A stretch of 63,916 nt of DNA, the filler included, from Octopus bimaculoides (taxonomy: Eukaryota), in the NCBI RefSeq assembly GCF_001194135.2. It is 9 parts of 9 records of this genome, joined end to end, with 100 filler letters (N's around TTAATTAATTAA, not from the genome) between each part and the next. Parts side by side here need not be neighbours in the genome. Positions count along the whole stretch, not along the records: positions 47,301 to 55,405 come from NW_026373553.1; positions 55,506 to 57,102 come from NW_026338058.1; positions 57,203 to 60,824 come from NC_068988.1; positions 60,925 to 62,401 come from NC_069006.1; positions 62,502 to 63,916 come from NW_026353118.1; 4 more parts are not named here. One strand, given 5' to 3'. The translations under genes were made by a program, and so were the position numbers. Position 1 is the stretch's first letter. Each line of letters opens with the position of its first letter. This document shows, piece after piece, positions 51,563 through 63,916 of this stretch. The notes under the pieces were generated by a model. The model was not told the origin of the DNA and did no database searches. It saw nothing but the letters and a program-made list of their open reading frames with translations.

Positions 51563-52059
51563 CTGAATAGAATGCAGAACACTTTCTATGAGAAATCATA
51601 CATAACAACAACAACAACAGCATTTACTTCTACAAGAATTCCACTTATATCTAATTGCTTTAGAAGAATATTAAACCAATCTCTAATGACCCGTAGGACA
51701 TCTGTAGAGATAACCTCAACAAGTAAACCAACCTTTGTCTCTGGTTGATACTTTATTTTATTGATTCCCGCAACAAAGATGAAAGGCAAACTCGACCTCA
51801 GGGGAATTTGAACTCAAAACATCAAGAGATGCATTTGCTGTATTTACTTATGTATGAGTAGTCTCACCCCTAATTTAGTGTTAGATCTTGGTAGAAAGTT
51901 TTTTCCCCTTCATATGTATAAGTCACACCCCAGTTTTTTTAAATATAAAATCGTGTATAAACCAGTGAGACATATACAAGTGAATACAGTGGTTACCGCA
52001 AGGGGCATTTTGTGTAACACTGATGGTTCTGCAAATCCAATCTGTCTTAATTAGTAATT

Positions 52060-52400
52060 ATTTCAGATATGAAGACTGCAAGCTGTCAGAACCATTACCA
52101 TGTTCGAGAAAGTGCTTAGCAGCAGCTCTTCTCACTTTATGTTCAGAGTTTGAATTCCACCAAGGTCGACTTCGCCTTTCATCCTTTCAGGGTCAATAAA
52201 ATAAGGATCAGTTGAGCACTGGGGTCAATATAATTGACCAGCTGCGCCCCACAAAATTTCAGGCCTTGTGCCTATAATAGAAAGATCTATTTCTGACACA
52301 AGGAGAAGGCTAGAAATTTAGAGGCAGGGACATGTCAATTGTATTAACCCCAGTACTTGACTGGTATTTATTTTAACAAACCTCAAAAGGATGAAATATT
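52060..52400. mobile_element. Two family A SINEs tail-to-tail (about 52060-52280 plus; about 52285-52400 minus)
   Basis: Plus copy: GGTCGACTTCGCCTTTCATCCTTTCAGGGTCAATAAAATAAGGATCAGTTGAGCACTGGGG. Minus copy: CCCCAGTACTTGACTGGTATTTATTTTAACAAACCTCAAAAGGATGAAA. Confidence 0.8.
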
Positions 52401-54169
52401 AATAAGAAAAACCAATTAAATAAGTAACAGAATTTAGTGAAAACATTAACTTGTTTTTAGATTTCTAATTAAAAATAAATCGAATATGCCAAGGAAAACT
52501 AATCAGAGTATTACATATCACACACACAAAGTCAGATAAACAAATGTGCTTTTTTTTACCCAAAATGTAAAATATAAACATGTTTAGTGTTGGACATGTG
52601 TATGTAGGGGGAGAGAGAATTAAAACCCTCAGTGAATATGCATGTTTGTAACTGGGTTGGTGTGTAACTGAAAACAACCAAAGTTATCAGGACTTCAGCC
52701 TTGTTGAGCCCCAATTCAACTTGAATTTGCTCAAAATATTTTAGTGCTTCTCCCACACTGGAGAAGCTAGAAACAGAGGTTGTTAAAAGAAGGCAGTCCA
52801 AGAGACCAGCAACAGAATGAGATTTATAATCCATGTCACAACAGACATAAATTGCAATACTTTAACAAGAATATTCAATACAACAATACCAAACTACAGC
52901 AGTGAGAGAGAGAGAGGTGGTTAGGGACGATGCCCCAATCCTTCTGCTCTTGCCACCAGAAAAAAAACTGAAAAGTAGACATCCTCAATGTATATCACAA
53001 CAGAAACAGACATTATTGAATAACTCAAGAAAGTGAAAATGGTTATAAGGCAAATTGATCGTAAAAAGTAAAACAGAAATAAAAGATTTATGCCCCTGTT
53101 TACATTTACTCAATGAGACAAGTGCTTGCCACTTTTATACTGCAATTTATGCTTGTGAGAGGTAAACATGCACAGGGAGATCAAATTTGTTGTTGTTGTT
53201 GTTTAAGGCCCCAGGTCAACCTTGAGCAAATCTATGGATCAAAGCAATTCCAAGCATGACCATCATGCCACATTTTCCACTATTTTGTTGTTTTTTTTAA
53301 TCCCAGGCCAGCTCTGATTAAGCACACCTATGATTGAAGTTATTTCAGCTGCAACCCTTCTTTTCCAGTGTGCAAGGACTACATGGTTGCGGTGAGGATA
53401 TAAAGTCAAACTGTGTTATCTTTGATAACTACATATCAGCAACTAGTATATAGTCTGACAGTTTAGTCTTTCAGATAATTCAGAAATGACATACTAAGTA
53501 ATTACATTTCATAGCTTTGAAATTTTGATGATGTGATTGTATATTTTTAGAATGATATTGTAGGGTAGGTGTGAGAGGCAGGATCTGGTCAGTTTAAATG
53601 TTAAAGAGTTAAACCTAAAGAAAGTCCGATTAAACACACCATTTTCGCTGCATTGTAATACTGAAAGATGGTTTCTCTTTGGAATTTCATCACTCCTAAT
53701 TAGGGATGTATCTTATATGCAAGTGCATGTTATACACAAATGAATACAAGACATAGCTTTGTTTTTGATAAAATCATAAGATCAATATTTTCCAGAAAAT
53801 TCAGTGTAGTTCATTGAGTTTAACCACAATATATAACTGGTACTAAAACTGCTAATGAATAAGGGATAAATATGAGCGAATGAGAAAGTCTTTACAGGAT
53901 CACTTACTCTGCTAAATATAGTAGTGAAATGCCAAATCATACCCTACTAACTGAAGGGGAAAAAAAGCAATGGCAAGAAACATGTAGCTATACAAAATAG
54001 ATGAAATGGTCATGGTTGGAATATGCCTTGGAGATAAATCACAACAATGGACTGCAGGGAATAATAAAAGAACTAAGAGACAAAAACGATAACAATGAAA
54101 AAGGGACAAAAGACATATATAAAATATATTTTTAAAAAAAGGCAAAACTAACAAAGCAAATAATAATTC

Positions 54170-54820
54170 TTTCTACTATAGACACAAGGCCTGAAATTTT
54201 TGGGGAGAGGACTAGTCAATTACATCAACCCCATTACTTTGCTGGTACTTATATTCTCAACCCTGGAAGGATGAAAAACGAAGTCAACCCTGGTGGAATT
54301 TGAACTCAGAACAAAAAGACAGATGTTAAACACTTTGACCAGCGTGCTAACAATTCTGCCAGCTTGTCACCTTCACAAAGCAACTAATAGATTCAAAGTA
54401 AGGAATGAGAGATTACTGCATCATATCTTTTCTCTTTTACTTGTTTCAGTCATTTGACTGCAGCCATGCTGGAGCACTGCCTTGAAGCGTTTTAATCAAA
54501 CAAATCGATCCCTGAACTTGTTTTTATTTCTATAAGCCAAATACTTACTCAATCAATCTCTTTTACCAAACCACTAGGTTATGGGGACGTAAACACAGCA
54601 ACACTGGTTGTCAAGCAGTGGTGGAGGGACAAACACATATAGAAGTATACATATATATAATGGGCTTCTTTCAGTTTCCGTCTACCAAATCCACTCACAG
54701 GGTTTTGGTCAGCCTGAGACTATAGCAGAAGACACTTGCCCAAGGTGCCATGCAGTGGGACTGAACTGGGAACTATGTGGTTGGGAAGCAAACTTCTTAC
54801 CACACAGCCATGCCTGCACC
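54170..54820 (-). mobile_element. SINE family A (about 54170-54375) followed by a full-length SINE family B (about 54425-54820)
   Basis: Both match the other copies. The family B tail is CTTTTACTTGTTTCAGTCATTTGACTGCAGCCATGCTGGAGCACTGCC and the head is ACCACACAGCCATGCCTGC. Confidence 0.88.
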
Positions 54821-55372
54821 TATACATGAAGATAATGAAATGCAAGGCACCAAATAACAGAATCAGTCTAGACAATATAAATGGTGAACTTCTATGAAAC
54901 TAACACATGAAAGACATCACAGAAAATAATAACGATGGTAATTTAAAGAATTAGTTGATTATAGAAAACATCAAAGACTTCACAAAGAATACTTTGAGTG
55001 CTTGGCAGACAAAGAATGGTTAGAAATAAGGAAAAGAGGGGGGGGGGGAGAAGAAGTGCAATGGTTAGAGAAACTGCAAGAGTTTAGGACTAAATATGGT
55101 ATTTACAAAGCTTTGATTGGTCTGGGGCTATAGTAGAAAACACTTATCCAAGTTGCCAAGCAATGGGACTGAACCTGTAGCCATGTGGTTGAAAAGTAAA
55201 TTGCTTACCACGCAGCCATGCCTGCACGTAGACAGACAGTCACAATTTGCTCAAGGTCTTTTCACAGTAAGACTGAACCCCAATGCACATGGTTGGTTGC
55301 AAAGCAATAGTTTTAACCACAACCATTCCTGTGCCTATGTATTTTTATAAACACCCAACTATGCATATATAT

Positions 55373-55403
<31 letters not shown>

Positions 55404-55405
55404 AA

Positions 55406-55505
55406 NNNNNNNNNNNNNNNNNNNNNNNNNNNNNNNNNNNNNNNNNNNNTTAATTAATTAANNNNNNNNNNNNNNNNNNNNNNNNNNNNNNNNNNNNNNN
55501 NNNNN
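55406..55505. other. Artificial scaffold-join spacer
   Basis: N44-TTAATTAATTAA (55450-55461)-N44. Confidence 0.95.
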
Positions 55506-55911
55506 TATATATATATATATATATATATATACAAACGTATACTTGTATATTTTTTATTTATATACATATATATTTATATATATACACATATACATTCACA
55601 CATATATACACATACATATATATATACATACACATACAACAATGCATGAATGTGTGTGTGTGGATGGCTGGATGGATGGATGGATGGACGGTGCGTGTGT
55701 CCGCCCAGACATACATTCATAGAAATATATGAATGCTGTTAAGGTTTGTATGCCTATATGTACACGTGAAAGGGAATTCCATTCTTCGATGCCAAAATTA
55801 GGAACCAATCTGTTGGCTCCAACTGGTAACACATGGTTGCATATCTTCAGTTACACTCCAGCTAAACTCTTGTAGTTTATTGTTATTTTGGTTTTGTTTG
55901 AACTTGTCATT

Positions 55912-56005
55912 CTAGCAATGAACCTTTGCCGTCTTATCTACTTCGTCTTCGACTTCTGTTAGGAACGAACAGTTGTTTGGTCTTGTCTGCTCTGCTTTCA
56001 CTTGG
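55912..56005 (-). CDS. Candidate (possibly terminal) coding exon of an unidentified gene
   Basis: Strong acceptor tttctttctttttttaaacag|C CAA GTG... gives QVKAEQTRPNNCSFLTEVEDEVDKTAKVHC*, with an AATAAA about 27 nt after the stop. A weak alternative donor G|GTTCAT lies at 55924. No homology recognised. Confidence 0.3.
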
Positions 56006-57102
56006 CTGTTTAAAAAAAGAAAGAAAAAAACACAAAAAACTAAACAAACACTGGTAAATGATATAAATAAATAGCTGAAGGGTTGCGAAATAAAAACAAA
56101 AGACTAGATGCAACCAATTATGAAAAACAAAGCGAATAATGCTAACTGCCATAGGTAATATTGTAAACAATGAATGATTATTTACATCTAAAGGAATTCT
56201 GTTTTTCGATTCGTCGACTCAGAAAACTGAAGTTATGACATGCCTGAAAATTCACACTCTCCTCAGTTACTTTCTAAATATGATGCTTTGTTTTAAATGT
56301 AAGCCGTCTTTAATGCATATTTTAGACCAGCTATGCAGTAAGTAACGTACAAATGAAATTGTAACCTTTTACAGATCCGAAAGCAGATGTTTATATTCAG
56401 TAAGGAATTTACGACTCGATAAATTCATTATGTACAAACAGATTGTGCAAATAAAAGCTCGCTCGCTTGACATTTTGTTCCTTGAAACTAGTATTTCTGC
56501 CGGCAAAATTGGTTTGGTGGGAGGGCTATTTCAGATAAAATTACAAACTTTTTCTTATTTAATTTTCTTGAGATGGTACTGTTTCATCTGTGAATTTATT
56601 TTCATCATGATATGAAGATGTTAACAAAATTTCGATTGAAAACAGTTATATTTTTACATTGTGGCAAATATATTCATCCGATGGGATCCATAAAGTTATT
56701 ATAATTAGTACGATTGCAATTAAAAACGACCGAAATTGGGGCGGGATATCCGAAGAATCTCTGGAATAAATTTACCTAACAGACGGTGAGATAGTTAGCT
56801 TAGGGATAAGCGACTCATTTCTGGTCGAGTTGCCTCATCTCTGCATTGAGAGGTCACAGCTCCGGTACTACGAGCTGGTGATTAGAATATCGCATGAAAG
56901 TATTGAAAGACGGATTCTTTCAAGCCATGCCAACCGGCAGGAGATTCTGAGTTAGTCCAAGAATTAACTGGTTGGATAATATCCTGTCTCAATTGGTCAC
57001 GTTTGGAACCCCAGACGAAAAGTATAATGACGTTTACATATATTAAAAACCTGTGGAGGCGCAATGGCCCAGTGGTTAGGGCAACGAACTCGTGGTCATA
57101 GG

Positions 57103-57202
57103 NNNNNNNNNNNNNNNNNNNNNNNNNNNNNNNNNNNNNNNNNNNNTTAATTAATTAANNNNNNNNNNNNNNNNNNNNNNNNNNNNNNNNNNNNNNNNNN
57201 NN
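57103..57202. other. Artificial scaffold-join spacer
   Basis: N44-TTAATTAATTAA (57147-57158)-N44. Confidence 0.95.
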
Positions 57203-57264
<62 letters not shown>

Positions 57265-57490
57265 GTAAAAATTTATTTGCCAACATAGTGTGGTAGTCCT
57301 GTAAGGAACGTTGTTACTGTTCATTATCCCCATGAAACATCACTTCTAGCTGGTCATACGACGTTATGTGTGTCCTTATATTTTTGAACCGGCAATTCAG
57401 CATCCCCACCCAGCGCAAGACATCTGTAGACTATATATATATATATAATGGAAAAATTATACAAATGTATAAATCCGGATATATGATTAT

Positions 57491-57522
<32 letters not shown>

Positions 57523-57524
<2 letters not shown>

Positions 57525-57758
57525 AAGTGGCCCAAAAGTAGGTTTACAGTTATCACGCAGGCACTTTAAATTACTTTTAAAACATGTTATTACATTTAAA
57601 TGTCTATCTTACAAACTGAAAAGGGAGCCTGACAAAATTAACTAAATTAGCATACAATAATGGTTTCATATTTTTTTAATAATTAAGGTCTAATCTGTTA
57701 ATGTATGAATGCGAAAGAGATAGTTGAATAAGTGTAAACCTTATTTTGGGCCATCCTG
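57523..57758. mobile_element. Tc1/mariner-type MITE, 236 bp
   Basis: TA|CAAAGTGGCCCAAAAGTAGGTTTACA ... TGTAAACCTTATTTTGGGCCATCCTG|TA: imperfect ~26-bp TIRs, TA flanks, no ORF. Confidence 0.85.
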
Positions 57759-58019
57759 TATATGCATATATACAACCATATACATATATACCTACATATA
57801 TATATCTATATATAAGTATATATATATGAGTATATAAATTATATTATATATATTTATGGAAAAAAAAAAATGATGTTTTTTTTTTCCTTATGAGGTTTTT
57901 CACGCTGACTACTTGATTAATTCTTATAAAGATTTTATCCTTATATTATATTATATATGAGTATATATACATATATATATGTGTGTATATGTATATATGT
58001 ATATATATGTAAATACATG

Positions 58020-58073
<54 letters not shown>

Positions 58074-58433
58074 CATACAAACACACACACATACAAACAT
58101 AATACATATACATGCATATGTACATGCGCATACACACACACGCACGCACACATGTACATATTTATATATATTTATGTATAATGCACATATATAAGTATAT
58201 AGGTAAATACATACATACATACATACATACATGCATATGTGTATGTCTGTGTGTGTCCTGCAGTCAACATGGGATCCCTAACGACAATGTAAACTTTTTT
58301 TGACTAAGGTTTATTTGACCTGACGTGCCGTTAGCGGATTACCCCTGATGGTAACTACTTCCAAATTCTGCTAGCAACGAAACATATGTAGCCTAGATTT
58401 CTAGATTTTATCTACTCCTATTCCCTAATTTTG

Positions 58434-58463
<30 letters not shown>

Positions 58464-58464
<1 letters not shown>

Positions 58465-58600
58465 GAAGAGGTACTGAAAAGTTCCTGGCTTTAAGGGTAG
58501 CGCGAAAAGCATAGTTGGAGGGTCAACCTTCTGAGTTCTTTTAAAATGCTTAAAAAACTGAAGGGCCGCTGCAATAAGTGTCTGAATCTGAAATTCATAA
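58464..58600 (+). mobile_element. Mariner-derived non-autonomous element fragment
   Basis: CGAAGAGGTACTGAAAAGTTCCTGGCTTTAAGGG...AACTGAAGGGCCGCTGCAATAAGTGTCTGAATCTG (mariner TIR-like start and a KLKGRCNKCLNL-like C-terminal relic). A second copy lies at 62797-62935. Confidence 0.7.
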
Positions 58601-59250
58601 TTATCTGATCCGCCTGTATTTTCTTTTACCCAAAGCAAGGAACTTATCAACACNNNNNNNNNNNNNNNNNNNNNNNNNNNNNNNNNNNNNNNNNNNNNNN
58701 NNNNNNNNNNNNNNNNNNNNNNNNNNNNNNNNNNNNNNNNNNNNNNNNNNNNNNNNNNNNNNNNNNNNNNNNNNNNNNNNNNNNNNNNNNNNNNNNNNNN
58801 NNNNNNNNNNNNNNNNNNNNNNNNNNNNNNNNNNNNNNNNNNNNNNNNNNNNNNNNNNNNNNNNNNNNNNNNNNNNNNNNNNNNNNNNNNNNNNNNNNNN
58901 NNNNNNNNNNNNNNNNNNNNNNNNNNNNNNNNNNNNNNNNNNNNNNNNNNNNNNNNNNNNNNNNNNNNNNNNNNNNNNNNNNNNNNNNNNNNNNNNNNNN
59001 NNNNNNNNNNNNNNNNNNNNNNNNNNNNNNNNNNNNNNNNNNNNNNNNNNNNNNNNNNNNNNNNNNNNNNNNNNNNNNNNNNNNNNNNNNNNNNNNNNNN
59101 NNNNNNNNNNNNNNNNNNNNNNNNNNNNNNNNNNNNNNNNNNNNNNNNNNNNNNNNNNNNNNNNNNNNNNNNNNNNNNNNNNNNNNNNNNNNNNNNNNNN
59201 NNNNNNNNNNNNNNNNNNNNNNNNNNNNNNNNNNNNNNNNNNNNNATATA

Positions 59251-59323
<73 letters not shown>

Positions 59324-59670
59324 AACTTTTATATACCGTTTATTGTTCTATTGAAAATCAGATAAACGTTAAATTTACGGGTAGTACAGTTAAGTCCTTA
59401 AATTACATACATACATCTATACATACATGCATACATGTATATGTGTAAGTATGTATATATCTACCTAGTAGAGTATAGATGTGATCACCAAGAGCACATA
59501 TGGTTGTGATGCATGTGTCTGGTGTACCCTTATCAGACGGGTAGTCATAATGGGTATAATGGGCTTCGTATATTTTACCCGCGTCACTTTGATGGCATAC
59601 ACTGCTCTCTCATTCAATAATAATAATAATAATAATAATAATAATTATTATTATTATTATTATTATCATT

Positions 59671-60175
59671 ATTTGCTTTTATTTGTCAGCAGGGTGAAGG
59701 CTGAGGAGGCCAATACAAAGAGAGAGACATAAAGTATGAAAATTTACATATAATGAAAAGATTAAGATAGTTTGAAAGTATATAAGTGTATAATAGAACA
59801 AAAAAGCTAAATATACTTAGCATACAAAAGTAAAAAAAAAAGAAAAGAAAGCGATGTTAATGATGTTGTCCTCCTGATACCGGAAGACTTCTAGGAATAA
59901 TCGAGGAACCAAGATCTCTTTGAATACCAATTGCAAATGCCCTCTCAGTTACCTTTTCTTCAACTCACAAGCCCACGCTTATTTCGGGTAGTATCCACTC
60001 TTGCCATTTTCTCAACTTTCATCCACCTTTCAATAAGTTCACTCGAGGGCAGCACCTTTCTCTTCACCCTCATTTTCTTTTTCAATTGAAACTTGAAGAA
60101 GTCGATGAGGCCTCTATTAAAAAGGAATGTGTCAGTCATCATGCCTTTCAACCTCGTCCACCACACATCCTCTTT
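59671..60175 (-). mobile_element. 3' fragment of a second Tx1/L1-like family, ending in (AAT)n
   Basis: EDVWWTRLKGMMTDTFLFNRGLIDFFKFQLKKKMRVKRKVLPSSELIERWMKVEKMARV resembles the extreme ORF2 C-terminus of Tx1-like elements. The 3'UTR ends ...CCCTGCTGACAAATAAAAGCAAAT|AATGATAATAATAAT. Confidence 0.62.
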
Positions 60176-60178
60176 TAT

Positions 60179-60289
<111 letters not shown>

Positions 60290-60472
60290 CATGTGTGTAC
60301 TTGATATGTGGGTGTATGTATGTATGTGTGTGTGAGTGTGTATACCAATGTATTCATGTATATATATATGTATTTAATTATAATATGTATATGAATATAT
60401 ATTTATGTGTCTCTATATAGATATATGCGTATATATTGTGTTCAAGTTTATGTATATAACATATGCTTATAT

Positions 60473-60545
<73 letters not shown>

Positions 60546-60748
60546 CGTAAGTTCATGTGCATACATATATTTGTGTGTGTATGTGTGTGTGCGGATAAAT
60601 GCATGTTTTGTGAAATTATATTGCTATATATGCATGCATATATGTATAACCAAATTTTGCTCCCTGTCTTTTCTTTGCATTTATCTATGTGTTGATGCTC
60701 TTTACTCATGCCTATGTCTATATACGTATGTATATATATTTATATCTA

Positions 60749-60799
<51 letters not shown>

Positions 60800-60824
60800 A
60801 TATATATATATATATATATATATA

Positions 60825-60924
60825 NNNNNNNNNNNNNNNNNNNNNNNNNNNNNNNNNNNNNNNNNNNNTTAATTAATTAANNNNNNNNNNNNNNNNNNNN
60901 NNNNNNNNNNNNNNNNNNNNNNNN
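60825..60924. other. Artificial scaffold-join spacer
   Basis: N44-TTAATTAATTAA (60869-60880)-N44. Confidence 0.95.
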
Positions 60925-61385
60925 CCACCACTACCACCACCACCACTACCACCACCACCACTGACACGTGAATCTTCATTGTTTAGAAAAATTATCACCA
61001 ACGTGGCCACACGCTCTCAATAAAGGTTCGACAACCTTGCTAAAGAGTATTAGATTATCGTATATTGGCTTTGCAGTTTGTCGTCTTCACAGTCAAATGA
61101 GATAGAATGCGTAATCGGGGGTTCGGTCGTTAGAAGCTGTTATTGCAGCGTTGGTGTGAAAATGCTGCAGTGACCTGATTAGAGAACTAGTAAAGCGGAC
61201 ATTGACGGACAATCTCTAGTGGGTCTCCGTCAAGGGAGCCATTGAAGTAGACTTGATAGGACTGAGTAAAGAAATGGCGAGAGATAGTAACAAATAAGGG
61301 GACAATTAATAGACTGCAAGCAGCAATGAAAGAAATCATTACGACCGATGCGCTGGCAGTGAAAATGATGATCATTTATATATAA

Positions 61386-61806
61386 TAGGCGCAGGCGTGG
61401 CTGTGTGGTAAGAAGCTTGCTTAGCCACATGGTTCCGGGTTCAGTCCCACTGTGTGGAACTTTGGGCAAGTGTCTTTTGCTATAGCCTCGGGCCGATCAA
61501 AGCCTTGTGAGTGGATTTGGTAGACAGAAACTGAAAGAAACCCGTCGTACATATGTCTATATGTATATATATGTATGCATGTGAGTGTGTATATGTTTGT
61601 GTTTCTGTGTTTGTCCCCCACCCCCACATCGCTTGACAACCGATGCTGGTGTGTTTACGTCTCTATAATCTAGTGGTTCGGCAAAAGAGACCGATAGAAT
61701 AAGTACTAGGATTACAAAGAATAAGTCCTGGGTCGATTAGCTCGACTAAAGGCGGTGCTCCAGCATGGCCACAGTCAAATGACTGAAACAAGTAAAAGAG
61801 TAAAAG
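61386..61806 (+). mobile_element. Full-length SINE family B (tRNA-like head, CORE-like body, internal TA/TG microsatellite, CR1-like tail)
   Basis: TGGCTGTGTGGTAAGAAG (A box), GGTTCAGTCCCACTG (B box), CTTTGGGCAAGTGTCTT, tail GGCGGTGCTCCAGCATGGCCACAGTCAAATGACTGAAACAAGTAAAAGAGTAAAAGA. Confidence 0.92.
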
Positions 61807-62207
61807 AATCGAATGAATCAACTCCACTTTTTTCTTCTTTTTTTTTACAATCTTTTATGCATTTAAGTCAGAATTGTGTCGATGCAGTTTGGCAGACGCC
61901 CATCACAACTGGCAACAGATATTAAACACCTCCCATCTGTGTTAGCCAGGAAGAAAATGATGAAGGAGATCACATTGATAATATTCGGCCCACAACTGCT
62001 AAGTACGGAGTTTAAGTTTTGAACCAAGGTCCTCATGCAATGAATCACGCTGAGTGTTGGTAATGAACTTGGCTTCGGTGAGTTCTAATCAGCCCCGATC
62101 AATCTAAAACATTCAACAGTCAACTAGCGTTACTTGTACGTGTGTGTGTGTATACATACATACAAACATACATACATACATATACATATATATATGCATA
62201 TATTTTA

Positions 62208-62368
62208 TAGGAGTGGCTGTGTGGTAAGTAGCCTGCTTACCAACCACATGGTTCCGGGTTCAGTCCCACTGCGTGGCATCTTGGGCAAATGTCTTCTACT
62301 ATAGCCTCGGGCCGACCAAAGCCTTGTGAGTGGATTTGGTAGACGGAAACTGAAAGAAGCCCGTCGTA

Positions 62369-62401
<33 letters not shown>
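62208..62401 (+). mobile_element. SINE family B, 5' half cut by the contig end
   Basis: GGAGTGGCTGTGTGGTAAGTAGCCTGCTTACCAACCACATGGTTCCGGGTTCAGTCCCACTGCGTGGCATCTTGGGCAAATGTC...GAAAGAAGCCCGTCG. Confidence 0.92.
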
Positions 62402-62501
62402 NNNNNNNNNNNNNNNNNNNNNNNNNNNNNNNNNNNNNNNNNNNNTTAATTAATTAANNNNNNNNNNNNNNNNNNNNNNNNNNNNNNNNNNNNNNNNNNN
62501 N
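62402..62501. other. Artificial scaffold-join spacer
   Basis: N44-TTAATTAATTAA (62446-62457)-N44. Confidence 0.95.
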
Positions 62502-62796
62502 CGTTAAAGTCAAACTACTTTCTCAAACCTGATATAGATTTTATCCTTATATTTCATTATAAACATGGAATAGAAACACAAATGAAGAATATGTACGAGG
62601 AGTACAATGGGAATAAATAGGCCAGCGAAAGTAATAAACGGGGATCTAGGTTTCGCGTTAGTCTCTTCATCAAAGAGAAGAGAAATGAATATAACGCAAA
62701 TGTTAAAAAACATTATTATTAATGTACGATGTACCTCTTTACGTTGCAGGCTTTATGTAAAAAACACGCAAACACACGCACACACACATACATATA

Positions 62797-62935
62797 TGAG
62801 GAGGTACAGAAATGTTCTTGGCTTTAAGGGTATCGTGAAAGCCTGGTTGGAGGCCTAACCTTCTGAGTTCTTTTACAGGGCTTTGACAAACTGAAGGGCC
62901 ACTGCAATAAGTGTGTGAATAAAATCATAATTAAC
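62797..62935 (+). mobile_element. Mariner-derived non-autonomous element fragment (second copy)
   Basis: Collinear with 58464-58600. Confidence 0.7.
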
Positions 62936-63916
62936 AGAACCTCATGTACAAGTACGAACTAATACATTTAAGTAACGACGAGCTACCGTCTATCAAATTT
63001 CTTTCATAGAGTATTAACCAGCTCAAATCTACTGCGGAAAAGAGATACGCCGAAATTAACACCCAGTGAGATCGAACCCCGAACTTCGTCATCGCATTAC
63101 AAAGCAAACTTCTTAACCACACAACAATGCATTTACTCAGAGAAAAATCACTGAAATACATTTGCTGACAAATAGAAGGCAGAATTTATGGTAAATTGTT
63201 TTAGATATTGTTGAAAATTAATAAAACGTTTGTTGAAAAATATTGCTTAATAAACGTATATACATGAGAATGCATAGAATTTCGTTTCATTGTCTCTATG
63301 TGCTGTAAATATTGTGTGTGTATAGTTAGAAATCATTGAAAAATATTTTCTGAAGAATTTAAAGGAGAATCGATTGAGAAAAGCGATTCTAACAAATGTT
63401 ATTTCTTAAGACTATTCATGTGGAATCTTTTCTTTCGATTCTCATTCATTTATTTTTATGTCTTTGGTCTGCTTTGATATCAATAATTCATTCACAATTA
63501 AAGCATACTTTAAGTTGCACAAAAACCCAGTTTAAAAAGCAAACAAAACATTGTTAACGGATCTATTCATCTTTAAATATAGATTTATTTTAACCAAAGA
63601 GAAAAACGTCAAGCTTTGTGGGGAGCAGACATAGTCAATAGAGTTGTATGTTTATTGTTATTTTATATATCTTGATTGCTGAACAATGGCGTCGTTGGTT
63701 ACAGGTTTCTAACAAACCAATTACGGGTTCACTGCATTTCAGACAGCATTAGTTTGAAAGAAGTGCCTCTACCTCAGTACAGAACAATTATCATAAGAAA
63801 CTTCGTTTGAAGAATAACGGATTTTCGGTTTTCTCACTGACTTTTACAACATTCATCAATATACCTACCTATCCACGTATACACACACACACTCACACAC
63901 ACACACGCACACACAT

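Noticed and set aside
52556-53000. Possible additional PICALM exons (FSSVGEALKYFEQIQVELG...; FFFWWQEQKDWGIVPN...)
   Set aside because: The acceptors are plausible, but the peptides do not resemble PICALM and no phase-1 donor compatible with the 51562 exon was established.
56770-56955. 57-codon plus-strand frame after CCTAACAG (DGEIVSLGISDSFLVELPHLCIERSQLRYYELVIR...)
   Set aside because: It is below reliable length, shows no homology, and lies on the strand opposite the neighbouring exon candidate.
58268-58345. Imperfect hairpin GGATCCCTAACGACA...TGCCGTTAGCGGATT
   Set aside because: A large asymmetric internal bulge makes it unlike a pre-miRNA.

Overview
This is eukaryotic, AT-rich, microsatellite-saturated DNA from a gappy short-read assembly. 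The SINE families, LINE content and (TA/CA/GATA/AAT)n density are typical of an octopus genome; the species is inferred, not proven. Eight identical 100-nt spacers (N44-TTAATTAATTAA-N44) split the window into nine joined pieces: 1-27800, 27901-41689, 41790-43874, 43975-47200, 47301-55405, 55506-57102, 57203-60824, 60925-62401 and 62502-end. Adjacency across these spacers is therefore not biological evidence. Almost all ORFs in the supplied track are translations of microsatellites or N runs. Real host coding signal is small: two correctly phased exons of a PICALM/AP180 gene (minus strand, 51562-51412 and 49597-49507), a probable exon of a NIT-domain receptor guanylyl cyclase (45601-45756) and one weak exon candidate (56005-55912). 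The rest is mobile DNA: two tRNA-derived SINE families in many copies, CR1-like LINE fragments, an RTE fragment, an R4/Dong-type RLE retrotransposon, Tx1/L1-like pieces, mariner and maT relics, and MITEs. The most interesting patterns are (1) a co-oriented stack of non-LTR retrotransposons whose ends sit in specific microsatellites, including a candidate (GATA)n-targeting Tx1 family, (2) a 241-bp foldback hairpin and inverted SINEs in PICALM introns, which are candidate ADAR substrates, (3) several decayed minimal hammerhead-ribozyme-like motifs, and (4) a LINE-SINE 3'-tail partnership visible within the window. No prokaryote-style system (CRISPR, operon, rRNA or bona fide tRNA gene) is supported.
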